Program-made: the position numbers and the translations under genes
Assembly: GCA_034660555.1 (NCBI GenBank)
Contig: JAYEJL010000080.1
Span: 1-13,274, forward strand
Length of the DNA: 13,274 nt
Source: Thermotogota bacterium
Lineage (GTDB): Bacteria; Thermotogota; Thermotogae; Petrotogales; Kosmotogaceae
Direction: 5' to 3'
Part shown: one piece after another, positions 6,812 to 13,274 of the stretch
Layout: each line of letters opens with the position of its first letter
How positions within the stretch are numbered: the first letter of the stretch is position 1
Notes under the pieces: generated by a model
What the model saw: only the letters and a program-made list of their open reading frames with translations
The model's database searches: none
What the model was told of the DNA's origin: nothing

Positions 6812-8509
6812 TTATGTTTGAAAGTAACCGCTATCTACCAGATAATCCACCAATTTTGAAATAGTTTCTTCAGATTGTTTATAGTATACAGAGGTCAACG
6901 TTTCAACCGATTCACGACTTCCCACGACATTAGAAACAATATTAATAAATTCAGCCCAATTGCCTGTTTCCTCTTTGTAAGGCTCAAGCTCTGCTGGAAG
7001 ATCTTTCTGCCAATCAAAACCAATGGTTCCCTCAAATTTTGGTATTAAAGGTGTTTTAGAACTCCTTAGCCCTTTTACTTCTAAAAGATCTGAAATATTA
7101 AAGCTTTCTACTTCAAAGGTTTTTATCATCCTTTGCATCAATTCATAACTACCTGGTTTTCCTGAAAGCTTTTGTTCGTAATACACAAATCTTCCAATTA
7201 ACTGAGATCTGATGGAAATATTAACGTCCTCTTCTTTCCTTTTATTGACATTTAACGTTTTCAAAACAGCATTACCAACCCACTCAAGCTCAACAGGATC
7301 AACGTTCTCTACCCCATCAAAATCTGAATGATAATACTTGTCTGGCAAATGACCAATGAAAGGCGAAGGTACGCCATAAGCAGAAAACACACAGTGATCA
7401 GAACCACCCATAAAGGGTGATCTATAAAAACGTTTTATGGGAAAGAACCCATATGAAGGCATTCCTTCTTTCAGATAATAATACAATAATTCGGTCTCTT
7501 TTTGTGGAAGAACTGGTGGGGTTTCAGTAAGAAGTAGTGTTCCCTTTGTGATTTCCTGATCTTCACCAACCATATCAAGATTGATTGTAAACAAAGGTAG
7601 TTCATCTTCATTTTCGAGTTCTATAGCATAAGGCGTAGAACCAAAAAATTCAGGTACAAGGATTACTTTCATTGGTAAATATTCATTCTTCATTAACTCT
7701 TTGCATAACTCTATAGCAAGAGCAGCTCCACTGGCATTGTCGTTCGCTCCTGGAGAAGGATGACAAAGATGGGCTGTGATAATACCATATCTCCCTTTTT
7801 GTTTCTTTGTTAAGTCGATTTCCAGTACCTCAATATTTCCACTTTTGAGCTTACAGTTTACTTCTACTTCAATTTCTACTTCCTCGTTGTTTTTAAGAGT
7901 AGTCTTCAAAAAATTAAATACTTCATATGTAACAGAAAAAGCAAAAGCTTTATCCTTAATCGCCTTTTCATGATATGGAAGGCGTAGATAGTTTGTTAAT
8001 GTGGAAAGCTGTTCTGGAAGTCGCCCTATCTTTTCACTTTTCATTCTCATATGACAGCTGATAATACCTCGAGCTTTCCCTTTCTCAACCACATCTTCAA
8101 AAATATCAGAGGGATGTTTATCTGTTAAAACTACCTTATCTTTATAGTTTTCATCGCCACCGTACTCTACAAGCCTGTAACTCTTTCTGCCCTCAGTTGA
8201 AACACTACCAAACACGATACTAAGAGGTGTTTCCCTGGTTGACACCAAAAATCGACTGTAGGGTTTTTTAAGCCATAAAGATGATTCTCCTCGTGTCCAT
8301 ATTTTGTGGGTATTGAGATTACCATACTTAACCAAACCATCCGATTTGTATTTTTTAAAGGAAATTAAGTCAGAAGCAATACCATTACTGGAAAGATAAT
8401 CAGCAAGTTCTTTTGCAATTCTATGATATTCGTCAGTACCAGCTGCACGATTGTACCCTGATATCAATTTAATCAAAGATTTTACCTGGTCCCCATTTAC
8501 CAGCTTCAT
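6812..8509 (-). CDS. DUF4910 / M28-like zinc metallopeptidase-family protein
   Basis: AHLCHPSPGANDNASG, VPEFFGS, INLDMVG, GGSDH and YYHSDFD match M28/DUF4910 metal-binding motifs. The ATG at 8509 follows GGGGGAAATAAA, a better start than the GTG at 8530. Confidence 0.8.
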   Translation of the reverse strand: MKLVNGDQVKSLIKLISGYNRAAGTDEYHRIAKELADYLSSNGIASDLISFKKYKSDGLVKYGNLNTHKIWTRGESSLWLKKPYSRFLVSTRETPLSIVFGSVSTEGRKSYRLVEYGGDENYKDKVVLTDKHPSDIFEDVVEKGKARGIISCHMRMKSEKIGRLPEQLSTLTNYLRLPYHEKAIKDKAFAFSVTYEVFNFLKTTLKNNEEVEIEVEVNCKLKSGNIEVLEIDLTKKQKGRYGIITAHLCHPSPGANDNASGAALAIELCKELMKNEYLPMKVILVPEFFGSTPYAIELENEDELPLFTINLDMVGEDQEITKGTLLLTETPPVLPQKETELLYYYLKEGMPSYGFFPIKRFYRSPFMGGSDHCVFSAYGVPSPFIGHLPDKYYHSDFDGVENVDPVELEWVGNAVLKTLNVNKRKEEDVNISIRSQLIGRFVYYEQKLSGKPGSYELMQRMIKTFEVESFNISDLLEVKGLRSSKTPLIPKFEGTIGFDWQKDLPAELEPYKEETGNWAEFINIVSNVVGSRESVETLTSVYYKQSEETISKLVDYLVDSGYFQT

Positions 8510-8562
8510 TTTATTTCCCCCAATATACACTGTCTAATAACATTATAAACAAGTCAAAGCAT

Positions 8563-8587
8563 AAAAAAAACCGGATCTGTGATCCGG
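8563..8587 (-). terminator. Intrinsic terminator upstream of the peptidase-murA-mnh operon
   Basis: Minus strand CCGGATC-ACA-GATCCGG followed by 8 U. No CDS ends here on the minus strand. Confidence 0.85.
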
Positions 8588-8638
8588 CTAAATGTGGGGG
8601 GTCTATCTTATGGGGGATAGGGGGGTTAGTCACTATCC
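8563..8638 (-). ncRNA. Candidate ~76-nt C-rich small RNA or attenuating leader
   Basis: TACAAT -10 box at 8651-8646, predicted start ~8638, 5' hairpin GGAUAG/CUAUCC, three C tracts (C6, C5, C6) and a terminator. The -35 box is weak. Confidence 0.5.
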
Positions 8639-8774
8639 AATAAATATTGTAACCTATGAATGTTAACGCAACATTTTTAATTTTGTTCCTGAAGGTTTAT
8701 CTTTGGTAACCTCAATATTAATATCCAACACTGCGTCACATAATTCTTCAAAATCAATTCAGATCCTAGTTATA

Positions 8775-8801
8775 TTAATTAGACCAATAAAGTCTAAATA
8801 A
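8775..8801. promoter_or_regulatory. Palindromic candidate transcription-factor operator
   Basis: TTAATTAGAC-CAATAAA-GTCTAAATAA with 9 of 10 arm positions matching, upstream of the fprA promoter. Confidence 0.45.
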
Positions 8802-8830
8802 AGTTCAAACCTTTCAGTTTATACTAATAA

Positions 8831-8839
8831 TGGTAGAAT
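8831..8839 (+). promoter_or_regulatory. Extended -10 promoter element for fprA
   Basis: TG-g-TAGAAT about 25 nt upstream of the strong SD GGAGGAGG (8864-8871). Confidence 0.5.
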
Positions 8840-8877
8840 AAAATAAAAGCTTTTAAAACACATGGAGGAGGATTAGA

Positions 8878-10077
8878 ATTAACGGACCTATTGAAATAGT
8901 TAAGAATGTTTTTTGGGTTGGAGCCAATGATTTTGACACAGCACTTTTTGAAAATCTCTGGCCATTGCCCAGAGGAATTTCCTATAATTCATTTCTAATA
9001 AATGATGAAAAGGTTGCACTTTTTGACACTGTAAAAAGCTGTTACTTCCCAACCTTTTTAAAAAGAATAAGAAAAACCCTTCCTAAAGGAAAAGGGGTCG
9101 ATTATCTAATAATAAACCATATGGAACCTGACCATTCAGGTTCAATTGAAGCACTTAAAGATGCATATCCAGATATAAAAATTGTAGGAAACAACAAGAC
9201 ATTGAACTTCCTCAAAGGCTTTTATGATATCGAAGATAATACCGTAGAAATAAAGGATGGACAGGTAATTGAACTAGGGAAACACAAGTTGAGTTTTTTC
9301 ATGACACCCATGGTGCACTGGCCTGAGACGATGATGACATATGAGGAAACAGAAGGAATCATTTTTTCAGGTGATGCATTTGGAGGATTTGGTACTTTGA
9401 ATGGTGGAATTTTTGATGACGAAGTAGATACAGAATATTTCGAAGGAGAAATACTTCGCTACTTTTCAAATATTGTCGGTCGTTACAGTCCAATGGTCCA
9501 ACGGGCAATGAAAAAACTTAAAGAGGCCGAAGTTGATATCAACATAGTAGCAGCAACCCATGGCCCAATCTGGAGGAAGAATCCGAAAACTATTATTGAC
9601 CTGTATGACAGATGGAGTAGATTTGAATCAGATCCCGGGGTCGTGCTGGTATTCGGTTCAATGTATGGTAATACTCAATCAATGATGGAAGCTGTTGCAA
9701 GGGGATTAACTGAAGAAGGTGTTACAAATATTAGAATACACAACATTTCTACATCTCACTTATCATATATAATTAGAGATATCTGGCAGTTCAAAGCTGC
9801 CATTTTTGGCAGTTGCACATACAATACAGAACTTTTTCCACCAATGAAGTTATTGTTAGCAGAGCTTTCAAATAGAATGATAGAAAACAAGCTTTTGGGT
9901 TTATTTGGATCATATAGCTGGAGTTCAGGTGCATTACAGGAACTTAAATCCTTCCAGGAAAATTCAAAATGGGAACTTGTAGAGCCTACTCTTGAAATTA
10001 GACATGCACCAACAAAGGAGCAACTATCTTCCTTAAAAGAACTGGGAAGAAATATGGCAAAAAAACTCGGAACGTAA
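8878..10077 (+). CDS. fprA: Flavodiiron protein (FprA family, class A; O2/NO reductase), probable ATT start
   Basis: Diiron ligands NHMEPDHSG, VHWPE, SGDAFG and ATHG; flavodoxin motif SMYGNT. FprA-like N-terminal sequence (EIVKNVFWVGAND...LFENLWPLP) continues in frame upstream of the track's TTG at 8965 to an ATT at 8878 behind the SD; 399 aa. Confidence 0.92.
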   Translation: MNGPIEIVKNVFWVGANDFDTALFENLWPLPRGISYNSFLINDEKVALFDTVKSCYFPTFLKRIRKTLPKGKGVDYLIINHMEPDHSGSIEALKDAYPDIKIVGNNKTLNFLKGFYDIEDNTVEIKDGQVIELGKHKLSFFMTPMVHWPETMMTYEETEGIIFSGDAFGGFGTLNGGIFDDEVDTEYFEGEILRYFSNIVGRYSPMVQRAMKKLKEAEVDINIVAATHGPIWRKNPKTIIDLYDRWSRFESDPGVVLVFGSMYGNTQSMMEAVARGLTEEGVTNIRIHNISTSHLSYIIRDIWQFKAAIFGSCTYNTELFPPMKLLLAELSNRMIENKLLGLFGSYSWSSGALQELKSFQENSKWELVEPTLEIRHAPTKEQLSSLKELGRNMAKKLGT

Positions 10078-10091
10078 ATTAGGGGGAATAA

Positions 10092-10547
10092 TTGATGGAT
10101 GTTTTTTTTGTTGTAAATAGATTTTTCTTAATATTGTCAATGTTTTTCTGGGGAGCATCAATAATCTGGGTAAACGGTTTTATTAAACCTCTCTTAAAAA
10201 GGAAAACATCATCTGAAATGCAGGGATTCATTTTTAGAACTATGAGATTTCAAAGACGAGTAGTTTATTTATGTTGGCTGTTGTTTCTCGGAACCGCCAC
10301 AACTGCATATACAGCTGGAGATCCTATGCTACAACGTTTTGAGCTACTAAACACAGCCGGTATCATAACAGTAATTGTATTCTTCATACATATTTTCTTT
10401 TCATTCTACATGTTCCGAATTTCAAGAATGAATGAATACAGTCCCATGTCTATTACAGAACGAGAAGTGAAAATACTTGTAAACGGTGGCTATGTAAATA
10501 TTTTCATTTTCCTTGTGACCTTTGCACTCGCTTTTTCTCAGTTATAA
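10092..10547 (+). CDS. Hypothetical four-TM membrane protein (loosely DUF4149/CopD-like)
   Basis: Four hydrophobic segments, SD AGGGGG at 10081-10086, 14 nt after the fprA stop. Start could be TTG 10092 or ATG 10095. Confidence 0.72.
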   Translation: MMDVFFVVNRFFLILSMFFWGASIIWVNGFIKPLLKRKTSSEMQGFIFRTMRFQRRVVYLCWLLFLGTATTAYTAGDPMLQRFELLNTAGIITVIVFFIHIFFSFYMFRISRMNEYSPMSITEREVKILVNGGYVNIFIFLVTFALAFSQL

Positions 10548-10683
10548 GTGTCAAAGAACAAACTGAAACAAGAGATCATCAAAACAGTTTTATTTTTCCT
10601 AAAACAGGTACAAATTTAACATTTTAATATTGGTGGTGTTTTCGGAGTTTCAGAGATACAACCATTTAGGTCAGGCCATATTC

Positions 10684-11409
10684 TCAGTTTTTGTCAATTA
10701 TTTTCGGACCTTCAATATTGTAAAAATTTCTATAATATTCGTCGAATTTACTCTCAAGTATGTTCATAATTCTTGAGATATCTTCTTTTTCTTTAAGAGA
10801 TTGATCTGGATATATAGGAGAACCATAATGAACAGTAACTTCCTTTAATTTCTTATAATCTTTAAATATTCTTTTTATCGCTCTTAAAGGAGGTTGTTTA
10901 TCGAGTTCTGGTTTAAACGTATAACCATTTTCGATACCTACAGGAATAACTGGAACATCTGCTTTATGGGCAATTTCAGCAACTCCAGAATACAGTATTT
11001 TTTGCCAGTTCCAGTAACCTTCTGGAAATATCATGATTCTTCCATCATTTTTTAGAAAATTGACTATTTTATCTACAGTTTTATTATTGATTTCTTTCTT
11101 AATTTTTGGATCTTGTGAAACCCTAAATCGCCATATAGATTTGTAAAAAAATCTCAAAAAGGGATATGGCCCATCAACCTGGTACATAGCTCGTACTCTA
11201 AATATCTTGCTAACTCTGGTAATTAATAAAGGATCGAAGTTACCCACATGAATTGAACACAATATATATGGTGGTTTACACAATTTCCCTTTCTTCTTTA
11301 TCTTAACGATCAATGGTAAAGGAACTACAATAAAAACTATATAAAAAAACCAGATAATTTCGTAAATTATTGTGAGGAAAAAATTTTTGGTTAAAACCAG
11401 TAAATTCAT
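10684..11409 (-). CDS. PlsC-like (lysophospholipid) acyltransferase family protein
   Basis: N-terminal TM, HVGNFD (HxxxxD), IMIFPEG, GVAEIA..ADVPVIPVGI and VTVHYGSPI. Confidence 0.88.
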   Translation of the reverse strand: MNLLVLTKNFFLTIIYEIIWFFYIVFIVVPLPLIVKIKKKGKLCKPPYILCSIHVGNFDPLLITRVSKIFRVRAMYQVDGPYPFLRFFYKSIWRFRVSQDPKIKKEINNKTVDKIVNFLKNDGRIMIFPEGYWNWQKILYSGVAEIAHKADVPVIPVGIENGYTFKPELDKQPPLRAIKRIFKDYKKLKEVTVHYGSPIYPDQSLKEKEDISRIMNILESKFDEYYRNFYNIEGPKIIDKN

Positions 11410-11411
11410 TA

Positions 11412-12476
11412 TTAGTTACTCCCTTTTCCTAAACTTTTTTTCACGTGGAACATAAATATTACTGTGCCCATTAAAATCAAAAAATAGTAAATAACCAACC
11501 TCCAAACAGAGATGCTTACAATTAAATATTGCTGGGGAATGAAGTTCTTCAGAGATATGAACATTACAGATTCAAAACCTCCGCTTGAACCTGGTGTTGG
11601 TAAATAATAGACAATAAAACTTAAAAATGCCTGTATCGAAAGACTGTCTAATAAAGTAAAACCAAATTTCTCATTAGCAATAAATTGAAAACCTATTACA
11701 ATCACATAGAAAACCGCATAATTAAAAAAAACAAATCCCAAAGCCAGAAAATAATCCAAAAAAATTGTCTTTGGGGATTTTGCCCATATAAACTTCATGC
11801 TGTCATTGTACTTAATTAATTTAGTCTTTAAAGTATTCAGGATAATCTGTTTATCTTTTCCTGTTATTTTTTCAGCTAACTTAAGTAACAAAACACGATT
11901 TTTAAGGAAGTTGATGAACTTTATAAGCAACGTTCTCGAAAAAGCAAGAACTGTAAACAATGTTCCAACTGAAAGAGTTGTTATCATCCCTATGACAAAT
12001 ACTTTGCCTGTAACACCTAACGTAGCTAATATACTGAAATATCTAGAAAAGAAAATAATAGCTATAGTGGAAGTCGCAAAATTCAAATTCAAATATTGAG
12101 TAATGACAACTGCTGTTGCATGTGATAATTCAACATTATTATATGAGTTCAGCTCGTAGATTTGATAGGGTTGCCCTCCTGCTGCAAAAGGAGTAATGGC
12201 ATTAAAGAATTGCCCAAGTACTACATTAAGTGAAGTCTTAAAAAATGGAACTGAATAACCGAGACTTCTCAATAACATATATATCCTTAAAGATGCAATG
12301 AGAATACTAAACAAAAAAACTATGATACCCGCTAATGCTATATGCCAAAAATTTCTCAATAAATTAGGATCAATTGAGTTACCAAAAAGCTTTTGAATAA
12401 CTAATAATATGACTATACTTACACCGAGTCCGAAAAAAATGCCTTTTATTGGTAGAGAAGTTTTTTTTACTTCCAT
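11412..12476 (-). CDS. UPF0104 / lysylphosphatidylglycerol-synthase TM-region (flippase-like) membrane protein
   Basis: Multi-TM protein with FFNAITPFAAGGQP, LPTPGSSGGFE and VWRLVIYY family motifs. Confidence 0.88.
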   Translation of the reverse strand: MEVKKTSLPIKGIFFGLGVSIVILLVIQKLFGNSIDPNLLRNFWHIALAGIIVFLFSILIASLRIYMLLRSLGYSVPFFKTSLNVVLGQFFNAITPFAAGGQPYQIYELNSYNNVELSHATAVVITQYLNLNFATSTIAIIFFSRYFSILATLGVTGKVFVIGMITTLSVGTLFTVLAFSRTLLIKFINFLKNRVLLLKLAEKITGKDKQIILNTLKTKLIKYNDSMKFIWAKSPKTIFLDYFLALGFVFFNYAVFYVIVIGFQFIANEKFGFTLLDSLSIQAFLSFIVYYLPTPGSSGGFESVMFISLKNFIPQQYLIVSISVWRLVIYYFLILMGTVIFMFHVKKSLGKGSN

Positions 12477-12485
12477 ATTTTTCTT

Positions 12486-13217
12486 TTACTTCTCATTGTA
12501 ATAGTTACTATCATAATAATCATCATATGTGATTTTATTTCTGTTTAAAGCAACATCCAACCAAAGCTTGAATGCTTCTTTTATACCATGCATGAAGTTA
12601 ACACGAGTATATCTTCTATTTGATGTATAACAAATCATAGAAGGTATAAATTTTACTTTTCCAATTTTTTTTAGCTTTTTTGCCAGGATAAAATCTTGAG
12701 ATGCCACCTTGCTTTCTAACATATATCCACCTACTTGCTTATATGCCTTTCTTTTCATTCCAAAGTTTGCCGCACCACATAAACTAACTCCAAAAATATT
12801 TGATATAGCATTAAAAATACTATAACCCCATATCAGAAGAAGTTGTCTGATTCTCCCATCTTCCCTGAATGCCATTGGACCATATACAGCTACGATTTTG
12901 TCACTTTTTAGTTTGTCAACCATCTTCATAAGCCAGTTTTCGGGGTATATTGTATCAGCATCGCATACTGTTATAATTTTACCTTTTGCCATTGTAAAAC
13001 CTTTATGCATAGCAAAAAGTGGCCCTCTGCGCTCTTCAAAGAAAACTTTATTTGTGTATTTCTTAGCAATTTCAGGGCTGTTATCGGAGCTTCCATTATC
13101 AACCACAATAATCTCGTAATCCTTGAAAGATTGCGCTTTTATTGATTGCAAAGTACTTTCAAGCCATTTTTCTTCATTTAGTACAGGAACAACAACACTT
13201 ACCAATTTATTCAACAT
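12486..13217 (-). CDS. Family 2 glycosyltransferase
   Basis: VSVVVPVLNEE, EIIVVDNGSSD, DADT (DxD), VGGY, QDF and TSNRR. Confidence 0.92.
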   Translation of the reverse strand: MLNKLVSVVVPVLNEEKWLESTLQSIKAQSFKDYEIIVVDNGSSDNSPEIAKKYTNKVFFEERRGPLFAMHKGFTMAKGKIITVCDADTIYPENWLMKMVDKLKSDKIVAVYGPMAFREDGRIRQLLLIWGYSIFNAISNIFGVSLCGAANFGMKRKAYKQVGGYMLESKVASQDFILAKKLKKIGKVKFIPSMICYTSNRRYTRVNFMHGIKEAFKLWLDVALNRNKITYDDYYDSNYYNEK

Positions 13218-13273
13218 ATAATCATCTCTAATACATCAATCATTATTTCTGGGTACTTTATACCAGCCAATGT
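13211..13273 (-). CDS. Probable 3' end of an upstream gene (partial, product unknown)
   Basis: Open frame TLAGIKYPEIMIDVLEMIIC* runs from the window edge, and its TGA (13213-13211) overlaps the GT2 start region. Confidence 0.4.
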   Translation of the reverse strand, partial: TLAGIKYPEIMIDVLEMIIC

Positions 13274-13274
13274 T

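Noticed and set aside
2925..7973. Plus-strand ORFs at 2925, 3525, 3760, 4023, 5278, 6019, 6288 and 7776
   Set aside because: They are antisense shadows of well-supported genes and show no family motifs.
8510..8530. GTG start at 8530 for the DUF4910 protein
   Set aside because: The extension contains the G-rich SD itself; ATG at 8509 has proper SD spacing.
8596..8625. Plus-strand G-quadruplex from the G tracts
   Set aside because: There are only three tracts, and the orientation of the terminator and -10 box favours a C-rich minus-strand RNA. Not fully excluded.
8520..8880. CRISPR array or known riboswitch in the intergenic region
   Set aside because: There are no regularly spaced repeats and no aptamer consensus that I recognise.
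8965..8967. TTG start for fprA given in the track
   Set aside because: It lies inside the conserved LWPLP.G.SYNS motif, has no SD, and would remove the conserved N-terminal strands.
10548..10570. GTGTCAAAGAACAAACTGAAA as a partner IS256 end, implying a composite transposon
   Set aside because: Only the 7-nt GTGTCAA core matches the reverse complement of the repeat at 339-363, the orientation would not enclose the intervening genes, and no transposase follows.
11797..13119. Plus-strand ORFs 11797-12099 and 12898-13119
   Set aside because: They are antisense to the flippase-like and GT2 genes and have no independent support.

Overview
AT-rich bacterial DNA, probably from an anaerobe; gene content and order suggest Thermotogota (inference only). 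From left to right: (1) an internally deleted, frameshifted IS256-family remnant with its right terminal repeat (1-363); (2) tRNA-Trp(CCA) on the minus strand with a near-consensus sigma70 promoter and a palindromic terminator; (3) a tightly coupled ~8 kb minus-strand operon of a DUF4910/M28-like peptidase, murA, a PflX-like radical SAM enzyme and a seven-gene stand-alone Mrp/Mnh-type cation/H+ antiporter (E, F, G, DUF4040 fusion, B, C, D); (4) an intergenic region with a candidate ~76-nt C-rich small RNA or leader with its own terminator, plus a palindromic operator; (5) a flavodiiron protein (FprA) that appears to start at a non-canonical ATT codon, followed by a 4-TM membrane protein; (6) a convergent cluster of GT2 glycosyltransferase, UPF0104 flippase-like protein and PlsC-like acyltransferase. 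The most unusual elements are the antiporter subunit fused to an apparently one-lobed solute-binding domain, the C-rich putative sRNA, and the ATT start of fprA.
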